This document shows, piece after piece, positions 34,538 through 43,406 of a stretch of 64,000 bases of DNA. A program made the translations under genes and the position numbers. This DNA comes from Deltaproteobacteria bacterium RIFCSPHIGHO2_01_FULL_43_49 (GTDB lineage Bacteria; UBA10199; SPLOWO2-01-44-7): positions 46,631-110,630 of the forward strand of contig MGRG01000002.1 in NCBI GenBank assembly GCA_001798075.1, in the 5' to 3' direction. Every line of letters starts with the position of its first letter. The first letter of the stretch is position 1. Under the pieces are notes generated by a model that saw only the letters and a program-made list of their open reading frames with translations, was not told the DNA's origin and did not search any database.

Positions 34538-35973
34538 GTCTTTACTTTAATGGATCGCACTTGTTTTCTATCGGGGTAAATTTTTCTTTTTTCTAATTTA
34601 TCCAAGAGCTTTTGATGGATATTGTCAAAATCACCGTTTGATAAACAAGCAACCACCTCACTAGGGCCGATGCCGCGAACAAGGAATTCAACAATAAAAT
34701 CGGTTCCATCGATGGCAAAGGCTTCTACTCCCCTTTTCATCAAATCATCGGCCAGTTTTGCGGTATCAAGCCGTTCTTCTTGGGGAATTTTTTCAGGTTT
34801 AAATAAACTAGCGATGATAACTCGGTTAGCTCCATCAAAGGCTCTTAGATATTCTTCATAATGTGCTTTGCGTCTTGAAGTATTCGAACGCGGTTCAAAG
34901 ACAACAGTGAGCCTTTGACCCAGAAATTTTTCTTTAAGGGCCTCGATTGTTCGTTTCACAGCAGTAGGGTGATGAGCAAAATCGTCGATAACACTCACCC
35001 CTTTTACAACCCCTTTGATCTCCTGGCGGCGCTTGATTCCCTTAAAAGTTTTTAAACCTTCACGAATTTGTTCCCAAGAAAGCCCCAACTGATGGCAAAG
35101 TCCAACGACCGCCAGCGTATTTTCTAAATTTGCCAGACCAGTCATGGTTGAAAATAAGGGGATTCTTTGATCACCCTGGCAAAGGAGGAAAGAGGTTCCA
35201 TCAGGAGAGTGGGAGATATCTTGAGCAGTATAATCGCCGTGTCTAAACCCATAACGAAAAAGAGGATATTGGTGGACATGAGTAAGCTCGGTTATTTTTG
35301 GGCTATCTGCCCAGGCAAGGAGTGTGCTTTTGCCAGACAATGTAGCCAGAAATTTTTCAAAGGCTGTCACCATTTTGTCGAAAGTAGGATAAATATCGAC
35401 ATGATCCCATTCAATAGAGGTTAAAATAGCGCCAAAAGGTTTGTAGTGGGCGAATTTTGGGCCTTTATCAAAAAAGGCGCTATCATATTCATCGCCCTCC
35501 ACCACGAAGTATTCTCCTTTGCCCAGTTGGTAACTTTTCCCGAGATTTAAACCGACACCCCCAATCATGAAACCGGGGTCAAGGCCCGCATTTGTCAAAA
35601 TCCATGCAAGCAGTGTGGAGGTTGTGGTTTTGCCGTGAGTGCCGGCCACGACAAGTGTTTTTTTATTTTTAAGAAAAAATTCCTGAAGAGCTTGTGGCAA
35701 AGACATGGTGGCAATGTTTTGTGCCAACGTTTCTTTCACTTCTGGATTCTCTTTGGTACAGACGTTTCCGATGATCACCAGATCTGGTTTGGGTTCTAAA
35801 TTTTTTGGATCAAAACCGGTTTTTAATGGGATGTTCAGTCCTTTAAGCTGATCCCCCATAGGTGAGTAAAATGCTGTGTCAGAGCCTGAGACTTGGTAGC
35901 CGGCATCTACTAATAAGCCAGCCAAAGATCCCATTCCCGTGCCGCAGATTCCAATCAGATGAATTCGTCGCAT
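34534..35973 (-). CDS. mpl: UDP-N-acetylmuramate:L-alanyl-gamma-D-glutamyl-meso-diaminopimelate ligase
   Basis: MRRIHLIGICGTGMGSLAGLL start, VAGTHGKTTT P-loop, Mur-ligase architecture closer to Mpl than MurC (SGSDTAFYSPM). Confidence 0.85.
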   Translation of the reverse strand: MRRIHLIGICGTGMGSLAGLLVDAGYQVSGSDTAFYSPMGDQLKGLNIPLKTGFDPKNLEPKPDLVIIGNVCTKENPEVKETLAQNIATMSLPQALQEFFLKNKKTLVVAGTHGKTTTSTLLAWILTNAGLDPGFMIGGVGLNLGKSYQLGKGEYFVVEGDEYDSAFFDKGPKFAHYKPFGAILTSIEWDHVDIYPTFDKMVTAFEKFLATLSGKSTLLAWADSPKITELTHVHQYPLFRYGFRHGDYTAQDISHSPDGTSFLLCQGDQRIPLFSTMTGLANLENTLAVVGLCHQLGLSWEQIREGLKTFKGIKRRQEIKGVVKGVSVIDDFAHHPTAVKRTIEALKEKFLGQRLTVVFEPRSNTSRRKAHYEEYLRAFDGANRVIIASLFKPEKIPQEERLDTAKLADDLMKRGVEAFAIDGTDFIVEFLVRGIGPSEVVACLSNGDFDNIHQKLLDKLEKRKIYPDRKQVRSIKVKT

Positions 35974-36021
35974 AAGAAGTTATAGCTAGCAATTTTTAGC
36001 TGTTTTGTAAAATAAGTAGGT

Positions 36022-36492
36022 TTAGCGGCTTTTGCAGGATTGATAGTTGGCGTAATGGGCGGCACTTGCCAACAACAGTAAGGTTCCCGGTTTTTCTTCC
36101 GTTCCTTCGAAGGCATCAATGATTTTTAGTTTTTCAGATTCGGGAAAAATGCTATTTAAAATACCCTCCGTGATACTTCCGACGGTTTGATTGACCGAAA
36201 ATGGGTTCAGTTGGGAGTGAGACAGACTATATTCGAAGTCAATTCCTTCGTAACGAGGGCATTTTTTGAAAAGACCGTAGGAGAAGTGAAAAACAACATC
36301 CCGAGGTTTTTGGTATGGCAGTCTGCGAAAAGCTGAACCCACTAATTTTTTCATTTCATACTCAAGCCACTCGCGAAATTTTTGGGATTCACTCTCTTGG
36401 GGTGGGATAGATTTTTCAATAGGTAGGCAAACGAAGTTATAATAGGAAAGTTGGCCGCCGCTTGTAACCTCCAGGCAAAGTTCTTTAGCCAT
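36022..36492 (-). CDS. Hypothetical protein
   Basis: 156-aa ORF with no recognisable motif. Confidence 0.5.
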   Translation of the reverse strand: MAKELCLEVTSGGQLSYYNFVCLPIEKSIPPQESESQKFREWLEYEMKKLVGSAFRRLPYQKPRDVVFHFSYGLFKKCPRYEGIDFEYSLSHSQLNPFSVNQTVGSITEGILNSIFPESEKLKIIDAFEGTEEKPGTLLLLASAAHYANYQSCKSR

Positions 36493-36532
36493 GCGGGGCT
36501 TCTATCCCGCAAACATAGTAAAATCAAGCATT

Positions 36533-37411
36533 TTAAGCTCTTACCCTTCGATTAATTAGGAAAACGGCCCCTAAAATAACGACGGCTCCAATGGCTTGGT
36601 TCCAAGTAATCCATTTATTTAAGAAAATTACATCAAGAATGATGGCAACCAGCGGTGGGCAATAGGTAACAGCGGAGGCCTGTACACTCCCTATATCTTT
36701 AACCAAGACGAAAAATAGGAGAAGGGAAATGGCAGAACTAAAAAGCCCTAGATAAGTGAGGGCCAAAAGGGCTTTTCCAGACCATTGCAGGGTTTCATGG
36801 GGCAATTCAAAAATGGCTGACGAAAGGAGCAAAACAGTGGCAGATCCAAAACATTGATAGAAGAGGTTTGTAGAATTGTTCACCCTTTTACTGAGTCTTC
36901 TTGTCCACAAAGTTCCAATTGCGTAGCAAACAGACATCATCAATATCGCTAAAAGACCTTGTGAATGGAGCGACATTCCTAGAGAAATTTCGGGAAAGAA
37001 AATGACGACAATTCCTAAAAAACCGATCAAAACACCTGCCCATTTGTTCCAGGTCAGTTTGTCTTGAGGGGTTACCAGTGGCAGAAGAAGTGTCGTGAAA
37101 ATGGGGACGGTACCGTTGAGGATTGCTGCAATCGCTGGGCTTACATATTTTTCACCCCAAAAAAGAAAAATCCAGGCGACCCCCATCATAAAAAGCCCGG
37201 ATCCAAACGACTGTAACCAAAGTTTTGATTTTGGAATTTTTTTCTGTTTCCACAAAAGGTAGAAACCGATTACTGACATGGCAATAGAACTTCTGATGAA
37301 GGCGGCAAAGAAAGGTGGAAAATGTTCAACAGCAATTCGGATGGCTAGAAAAGAACCTCCCCAAAATAGAGAGATTAAGATAAAATATAAAATGTGTCTT
37401 GGATTTGACAT
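36533..37411 (-). CDS. EamA/DMT-family transporter
   Basis: 292 aa, about 10 TM helices in two EamA-like halves. Confidence 0.85.
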   Translation of the reverse strand: MSNPRHILYFILISLFWGGSFLAIRIAVEHFPPFFAAFIRSSIAMSVIGFYLLWKQKKIPKSKLWLQSFGSGLFMMGVAWIFLFWGEKYVSPAIAAILNGTVPIFTTLLLPLVTPQDKLTWNKWAGVLIGFLGIVVIFFPEISLGMSLHSQGLLAILMMSVCYAIGTLWTRRLSKRVNNSTNLFYQCFGSATVLLLSSAIFELPHETLQWSGKALLALTYLGLFSSAISLLLFFVLVKDIGSVQASAVTYCPPLVAIILDVIFLNKWITWNQAIGAVVILGAVFLINRRVRA

Positions 37412-37438
37412 GGGTCGTCTATTACACTAACGAAGTTT

Positions 37439-37531
37439 CAACAAATCGACGGACCCTGTCCCTCCGTGTTTTCGTGGGGGCCCCTAACTAAACCCCACGA
37501 CAAACACTACGGGCCACCCATCGATTTGTTG
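37439..37531 (+). repeat. H1 hairpin repeat, copy 4 (core inside CAACAAATCGA/TCGATTTGTTG arms)
   Basis: Lies in the 127-nt divergent spacer between the EamA gene and the acs-like gene and ends 8 nt before the acs-like ATG. Confidence 0.85.
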
Positions 37532-37538
37532 TTAATTT

Positions 37539-39464
37539 ATGCAAAATATAATCTGGAAACCTTCTACGGAGTTCTTAAAAAATAGCAACATTGCAATCTT
37601 CATGAAGAAGCATGGAATTGGCTCTTATGAAGAGCTGATTAAGCGTTCGACTCAAGATATCGATTGGTTTTGGAAAGCTTGTATAGAAGATTTGGGTGTT
37701 GAGTGGATCAAGCCCTACACAAAACTCTATGATAGTTCAAAAGGCTTTGCCTGGACAAAATGGTTTGTAGGAGGAGAGCTCAATATTATTCAGAATTGTT
37801 TGGACAGGCACGCTCTGAATAGAGGCGAGGCGACCGCGTTAATTTGGGAAGCCGATGATGGAGAAACAAAAACTTTTTCCTATTCCAAACTCAATTTAGA
37901 GATCAAACGCCTGGGCAATGCCCTTTTGGGTTCCGGAATCAAAAAGGGAGATGCGGTTGGGATTTATCTTCCGATGATTCCGGAAGTAGTGGTGTCGCTC
38001 CTTGCCTGTTTCAAAATTGGTGCGGTTGCGGTTCCTGTTTTCTCTGGCTTTGGGCCGGAGGCTTTGAAGGTTCGGTTGATGGATTCTGAAGCAAAAGTTT
38101 TGATCACAGCAGATGGGGCTTATCGGCGTGGCAAGATGATTTCGATCAAACCCAATGCTGATCAAGCGATTCAAGATTTAAAAATTAAAACCCAGTTGGT
38201 GGTCAAACGAACGGGTCAAGAGGTTGCTTGGAAAGAAGGGAGAGATTTATGGTGGCACGATGTGCTCCCCTATCATTCCCCTTCTTGTGGAACCTATCCC
38301 CTCGATTCTGAACACCCTTGCATGGTTTTGTACACCTCTGGGACAACGGGAAAACCAAAGGGTTGTGTGCATACGCAGGCAGGTGCCCTCGCACAAATCG
38401 CGAAGGAATTAAAATATGCCTTTGATGTGAAACCAAATGACAAATTTTTCTGGTTCACCGATATGGGTTGGATGATGGGGCCTTGGGAGGTGATTGGCGT
38501 TTTATTTCAAGGAGCAACCCTTTTTATCTATGAAGGGGCACCAGATTATCCAGAGCCGGACCGAGTCTGGAAAATGGTTGAAAAACATCAACTCACTCAT
38601 TTAGGAATTTCGCCGACCGCTATTCGTTTGTTGAAAAAAAGCTCGGATGATTGGGTGAACAAACATGAAATGAAGTCTTTAAGGATTTTGGGTTCGACCG
38701 GTGAACCTTGGGATCCGGAATCTTACAACTGGTTTTTTGAGAAAGTTGGCAAAAAGCGGTGTCCCATCATTAATATATCGGGTGGGACGGAATTGGTTGG
38801 GTGCCTATTATCGCCTTATCCTATTACTGACTTAAAACCTTGCACATTGCGGGGCCCAGGTCTTGGAATGGATATTGATGTCTTTAATGAAGAAGGGAAA
38901 TCAGTGCGAGGCGAGGTTGGTTTTTTAGTCTGCAAAAAACCGTTTCCTTCCATGACTCGTGGATTTTTGAAAGATCGAGAGCGCTATTTAGAAACTTATT
39001 TTTCAAAGTGGCTCAATGTTTGGAATCATGGTGATTGGGCTTATGTGGACGGCGATGGTTTCTGGTTTTTGCAAGGGAGAGCCGATGATACGATCAAAAT
39101 TGCCGGCAAAAGAGTGGGACCTGCAGAGGTAGAATCGGCTTTAAATGGACATCCAGCTGTTGCTGAATCGGCGGCCATTGGAGTGCCTCATGATATAAAA
39201 GGTGAGTCACTGGTTTGTTTTGTAGTCCTGAAAGACCCCCAAAAGGCGTCCGACGCCTTTCGTGAGGAGCTAAAAAATGTGGTTATTCAAGTGCTTGGCA
39301 AAACTTTGGCCCCAGAAAAAATCGAGTTTGTCCCAGCCCTTCCCAAAACCCGCTCCGCAAAAATTGTCCGCGGTGCTATTCGGAAAAAGTATCTCGGCCA
39401 ACCTTTGGGTGATACGACGAGTATTGAAAACCCAGAAACACTAGACAACTTAAAAATTCATTAG
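37539..39464 (+). CDS. Acetyl-CoA synthetase-like AMP-forming acyl-CoA ligase
   Basis: YTSGTTGKPKG AMP-binding motif, GDWAYVDGDGFWFLQGRADD and LPKTRSAKIVR motifs. 641 aa. Confidence 0.85.
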   Translation: MQNIIWKPSTEFLKNSNIAIFMKKHGIGSYEELIKRSTQDIDWFWKACIEDLGVEWIKPYTKLYDSSKGFAWTKWFVGGELNIIQNCLDRHALNRGEATALIWEADDGETKTFSYSKLNLEIKRLGNALLGSGIKKGDAVGIYLPMIPEVVVSLLACFKIGAVAVPVFSGFGPEALKVRLMDSEAKVLITADGAYRRGKMISIKPNADQAIQDLKIKTQLVVKRTGQEVAWKEGRDLWWHDVLPYHSPSCGTYPLDSEHPCMVLYTSGTTGKPKGCVHTQAGALAQIAKELKYAFDVKPNDKFFWFTDMGWMMGPWEVIGVLFQGATLFIYEGAPDYPEPDRVWKMVEKHQLTHLGISPTAIRLLKKSSDDWVNKHEMKSLRILGSTGEPWDPESYNWFFEKVGKKRCPIINISGGTELVGCLLSPYPITDLKPCTLRGPGLGMDIDVFNEEGKSVRGEVGFLVCKKPFPSMTRGFLKDRERYLETYFSKWLNVWNHGDWAYVDGDGFWFLQGRADDTIKIAGKRVGPAEVESALNGHPAVAESAAIGVPHDIKGESLVCFVVLKDPQKASDAFREELKNVVIQVLGKTLAPEKIEFVPALPKTRSAKIVRGAIRKKYLGQPLGDTTSIENPETLDNLKIH

Positions 39465-39535
39465 TAATTTTAACTATTTAGAATGCTTATTTTTTTAAGC
39501 AACTTTTTTGGGAATTTAGCGAAAACAACAAAGAT

Positions 39536-40426
39536 ATGTCCACGCAAGCAACAACATGGTTACAACAATTTCAGTCACCGGCAATGCAAGCCTGTCTGGC
39601 GGGGCTTGACCGACAGCAAGCCGATTTTTTCGAACAAGTACAAAGTAGTGGAGATTTTGTTGTAACGGCCTTTACCTTAGACGAAACTCCTTTGATTGTT
39701 GGAGGGAGTGAAGGCTGGAGAAAAGCGCTACGTTTTTTCGAGGAGACGAACTATCCCAGGCCGATAGTGCCTGTTCTTAGAGTGTTGCAAGAAAAGCAAT
39801 CCGAAGGACGTTTTCACTGGAGTGGAATGAAGTATCTGAGAAATGCCACAGACAACATTTTTGCTTTTGATGAAAGGCCCCATATTTTTCATGGCCCCTA
39901 TTTTGCTCCCAGCAATGTGTTGACCATAGCCTCCCTGCTCATGTTGCCAAATCAGACAGGCATTACTCTTGAGCCGGTTCCCAGAGAAATTAGTGTTCAA
40001 GCCGTTAGGGATTTGTTGGGAGAAAGGAAGTGGCCACTCTATCTTGGTAGTCAACCCGTCGATATCCATGGTGATAGAGAAGTCCTTCCTTATCTAGCAG
40101 CCATGCACGACATCATTCATTATTTGTGCTGGCAGGATAGGGACGCCGATTACCTAGAAGATGCCTTGGCTTATTACGATTTTCTAAAGGGGGTTATAGA
40201 GAAAGAAGGAGATTCTTACCCCAGGGAGAAGCCCCAATACGAGATAGCCCTAGATAGAATACTTTCGGGCGCTGTAACTTTTTCAGTTCTTTTTAGAAGA
40301 CTTTGGGAAAATTTACCTGGAGATATTTTTTATCCTTTTTTGGAAAAAGTTAGGCAAAGGCTAGAGTCCAGTGTCAAACCAGGCCACCATGAACTTTTAC
40401 AGGAGCTTCCCGCAAGCTTTTGGTGA
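39536..40426 (+). CDS. Hypothetical protein
   Basis: 296-aa ORF with no recognisable motif. Confidence 0.55.
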   Translation: MSTQATTWLQQFQSPAMQACLAGLDRQQADFFEQVQSSGDFVVTAFTLDETPLIVGGSEGWRKALRFFEETNYPRPIVPVLRVLQEKQSEGRFHWSGMKYLRNATDNIFAFDERPHIFHGPYFAPSNVLTIASLLMLPNQTGITLEPVPREISVQAVRDLLGERKWPLYLGSQPVDIHGDREVLPYLAAMHDIIHYLCWQDRDADYLEDALAYYDFLKGVIEKEGDSYPREKPQYEIALDRILSGAVTFSVLFRRLWENLPGDIFYPFLEKVRQRLESSVKPGHHELLQELPASFW

Positions 40427-40429
40427 TGT

Positions 40430-41464
40430 TCAATTCTCCGACCCAAGTTCTTTCCAAATTAAATTATGAATCCTGGGCCGAAAGGCCTTGATTTTTTCGT
40501 TGGTGGCAGAAGGATGGATGCGGTTCGTCAGTAAAATCACCCAAAAATTTTTATCAAGATCAATCCACATGGAGCAACCGGTGTAGCCCAAATGACCAAT
40601 GGAATGGGGGGAGAAATAAGAGCCAGAAGAGGAACTGCCAAAGGTGGGGGTGTCCCAGCCTAAGACATACGTGCTGGGAGTTCCAGGTTCTAGGTTCAAA
40701 GTTCTAAGTTCGCTGAATTGATGAATAATGAATGTATGCAAATCCGAAGTTGTGGAAAAAAGGCCGGCGTGGCCAGCAACACCTCCCATTGCATAAGCGT
40801 TTTGATCGTGGACTTCGCCGTGGATCACTTTTTTTCGCCAGGGGCAGTCTTCGGTGGGGGCAAATCTTTTTGAGTGAATCGTGAATCGTGAATCGTGAAT
40901 CGTTTTGACAAAAAAAGTATCTTTGAGTCCCAAGGGTTTTGCAATTTTGTTTTGAAATAAAACATCAAGACTGACTGAACCTGCGTGTTCCAAAATTTCG
41001 CCCAGTAAAATATATCCGATGTCGCTATAAACGCATTGTGTTCCTGGTTTGAAAACAATCGGCTCTTTTAAACAAGCTTGTACAATATGTTCTTTTCCCC
41101 CTTTGGTTCCAACAAATGTCGTGGGGAGTTCGCGGTAGTAGGGCTTCCACGCCGGCAGACCAGAAGTATGAGACAACAAGTGAGCCACCGTCATTTCTTT
41201 GTGCGCTGGTAGCCTTGCCCCTCCCAACCATTGATAAACGGTATCGGTTAGTTTTAAAAAACCTTCTTGAACGAGTTGCATTGCCAATGTAGCTGTGGCG
41301 ACCGGTTTAGTAAGAGAGGCAATGTCAAAACAGGTTCCAGATCTTGCTTTGCCATAGTTCCCTTCATGAATAATATTGTTATTGTGTCCCACTAATAGAC
41401 TAGCGGATGGGAAAATGCCTCTTTCCACCGCTTGTTTCATCATTTGGTCGATTGCTGCGGTCAT
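40430..41464 (-). CDS. Serine hydrolase (beta-lactamase class C / PBP4*-like family)
   Basis: SLTKPV (S-x-x-K) motif. Start placed at the ATG forming an ATGA overlap with the ldcA stop. Contains two in-frame heptamer arrays. Confidence 0.85.
   Translation of the reverse strand: MTAAIDQMMKQAVERGIFPSASLLVGHNNNIIHEGNYGKARSGTCFDIASLTKPVATATLAMQLVQEGFLKLTDTVYQWLGGARLPAHKEMTVAHLLSHTSGLPAWKPYYRELPTTFVGTKGGKEHIVQACLKEPIVFKPGTQCVYSDIGYILLGEILEHAGSVSLDVLFQNKIAKPLGLKDTFFVKTIHDSRFTIHSKRFAPTEDCPWRKKVIHGEVHDQNAYAMGGVAGHAGLFSTTSDLHTFIIHQFSELRTLNLEPGTPSTYVLGWDTPTFGSSSSGSYFSPHSIGHLGYTGCSMWIDLDKNFWVILLTNRIHPSATNEKIKAFRPRIHNLIWKELGSEN
40685..40712 (-). repeat. Degenerate heptamer array (ARGTTCN x4 on the plus strand), in frame in the serine hydrolase gene
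   Basis: AGGTTCT AGGTTCA AAGTTCT AAGTTCG. Encodes part of SELRTLNLEPG. Confidence 0.7.
40874..40903 (-). repeat. Heptamer array (GATTCAC)x4 in gene sense, in frame in the serine hydrolase gene
   Basis: The plus strand reads GTGAATC x4 then GT. Encodes HDSRFTIHS. Confidence 0.9.
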
Positions 41465-42324
41465 TGATTTGTGTCCAAGCAAACTTCGACGCCTAGCGGT
41501 AAGGTAACAAAATCATTGGTGTGACCGGCAGGAAAATGGGTGACAATAGGCCCCTCAAAATCTTTGAAAATATCTTTGAGCATGTCATCAATAGAATGAA
41601 CCTCTTTTTCTTTTGGCTCCAATGATCCCACAATAATCCCTTTCACTCCTTTTAATTTTCCAGCATTTTTGAGTTGGGTTAGCATGCGATCTAATGCATA
41701 AACTTTTTCACCGGTATCCTCGAAAAAAAGGATTGAATTGTCGGTTTGCAGTTCATAGGAGGTTCCAATACTGCTGGTAATCATCGAAAGACATCCTCCA
41801 ACCAAAATTCCTTTTGCCTTTCCCTCTTTCAAAATATGGCAGCCCTTAAAATGAAGCGGCGGAGTTTCTTTTTGAGTGAGGTTTTGTTTCAAACTCAAGG
41901 CTGTTCGTTCGGTCGGGTTGTTTCCAAGCTGGGTGAGAACCGGCCCGTAAAAAGTGGGCATATCAGCACTTTGTTTTAGAAAGGCGAGCAGGGCTGTTAC
42001 ATCGCTAAAACCGATCACCGGCTTTTTGTGTTTTTTCAAAACTTCTGGTTTTAGATAGGGGATGATGCGCTGCGAGCCATAACCCCCTCTGGCAAACATA
42101 ATCGCCTTGACATCTTTTTTGGTAAACAGTTCGGTTAATTCTTCGGCACGGCGTTGATCGGAACCGGCCAAGTAGCGCTCCTGGGAAAAAATGTCGTCAC
42201 GATGCCAGACTTGAAACCCCAGTTTTTTGAGAAGAGTAACGCCGTGTTTGAATTGATTTTTGTCAAAAGGGCTCGACGGCGCCGCAATCCCGATACAATC
42301 GCCTTCTTTGAGTGGCTTGGGCAT
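41461..42324 (-). CDS. ldcA: Muramoyltetrapeptide LD-carboxypeptidase (S66)
   Basis: MPKPLKEGDCIGIAAPSSPF start and GFSDVTALL nucleophile motif. The 51-codon upstream extension in the ORF track is encoded by an H1 repeat and is rejected. Confidence 0.85.
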   Translation of the reverse strand: MPKPLKEGDCIGIAAPSSPFDKNQFKHGVTLLKKLGFQVWHRDDIFSQERYLAGSDQRRAEELTELFTKKDVKAIMFARGGYGSQRIIPYLKPEVLKKHKKPVIGFSDVTALLAFLKQSADMPTFYGPVLTQLGNNPTERTALSLKQNLTQKETPPLHFKGCHILKEGKAKGILVGGCLSMITSSIGTSYELQTDNSILFFEDTGEKVYALDRMLTQLKNAGKLKGVKGIIVGSLEPKEKEVHSIDDMLKDIFKDFEGPIVTHFPAGHTNDFVTLPLGVEVCLDTNQ

Positions 42325-42337
42325 AATGTTTGCCTTG

Positions 42338-42440
42338 CTTTGTTTGGAGCGAAGGGGTGGCCCGGAGTGTTTGTTGTGGGGTTTAGTTAGGGGCCCCCAC
42401 AAAAACACGGAGGGACAGGACCCCGAAGCTCCAAACAAAG
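42338..42440 (-). repeat. H1 hairpin repeat, copy 5 (reverse orientation; core plus GAGC..GGGGT layer plus CTTTGTTTG/CAAACAAAG arms)
   Basis: Starts 14 nt upstream of the ldcA ATG and generates the spurious N-terminal ORF extension GSCPSVFLWGPLTKPHNKHSGPP. Confidence 0.85.
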
Positions 42441-42506
42441 TTACGTTAGCATGTTTTAAACATATCAATTTGACCAAGAGGTGGCAACTTCATTAAAGTG
42501 AAGTGT

Positions 42507-43169
42507 ATGAAAGAAGCAAAGTTACAGCAGGCTTTAGAAAGGATCTTAAGAAAACCCACTCAACTTACCATCACCGACAACACCCATGTTTTTTTGAATG
42601 CTGCCTACAAAAAGAAAGTTTGGAAGGTTCGGCTCCATTGGATGTTTTTAAAAGCACCCAAAAACTTGTGGCATCATGTTGCTCAATATATCAATACCCA
42701 TAACAAAGAGAGTTCCAAACTTGTAGATCGCTATATCGAAGACCATTGGCATTGGGTAAAACACCCTTTACCAGAAATTCAGACAAAGGGAAAAGTTTAT
42801 CATCTTCAGAAAATTTTTGATTCCCTGAACAAGCGTTATTTTCATGGTCGATTGCGCTCAAAAATTACATGGGGAAAGGGCCTGACAAAAAGAGCTTATG
42901 AGCAACTTCAATTAGGAAGTTTTTCCACTTCAAGAAATCTTATTACCGTTCATCCTAATTTGGATCAACGCTTTGTCCCCAAACATGTTGTCGAGGCGAC
43001 TGTTTTTCACGAAATGTGCCATGCGATGATTCCCGTTCAAACGGTCAATGGCCGTAAACAAATCCATCCCCCCGCTTTTAAAAAATTGGAAGCAAGATAT
43101 CCCCATTTGCGGAAAGCCAGAAACTGGGAAGAAAAAAACGTCAACCGCCTTTTGCTAAAGTACCGTTAA
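42507..43169 (+). CDS. SprT-like zinc metalloprotease-domain protein
   Basis: VFHEMCHAMIP (HExxH) motif. ATG 42507 is preferred to GTG 42498. Confidence 0.6.
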   Translation: MKEAKLQQALERILRKPTQLTITDNTHVFLNAAYKKKVWKVRLHWMFLKAPKNLWHHVAQYINTHNKESSKLVDRYIEDHWHWVKHPLPEIQTKGKVYHLQKIFDSLNKRYFHGRLRSKITWGKGLTKRAYEQLQLGSFSTSRNLITVHPNLDQRFVPKHVVEATVFHEMCHAMIPVQTVNGRKQIHPPAFKKLEARYPHLRKARNWEEKNVNRLLLKYR

Positions 43170-43365
43170 GAGTGTCAATTTACCCCCCCCCTGGGTGTCA
43201 ACCATTTGACGAAAGAGGGTGAAATGAATACTCCGTTCATTTTTTAACACCTTGACCTGTTGGTTAAGTTTCTAATTTGATTCAGGATTTTAGAAAACCT
43301 CATAAATCCTAACTTTCCAAAACTTTGGCACGTTTTATGCGCGAATATAAGATGGGGAATGGGTG

Positions 43366-43371
43366 TATAAT
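43366..43371 (+). promoter_or_regulatory. Candidate -10 box (TATAAT) upstream of the NHL-repeat gene
   Basis: Perfect TATAAT 36 nt upstream of the GTG start. No good -35 box. Confidence 0.25.
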
Positions 43372-43406
43372 GTTCTGGGCATGCTTTAAAGCAGGAGGGC
43401 AGTACA

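Noticed and set aside
41461-42477. N-terminal 51 codons of the ldcA ORF as given in the ORF track
   Set aside because: The extension is encoded by H1 copy 5. The LD-carboxypeptidase homology starts at MPKPLKEGD (ATG 42324).
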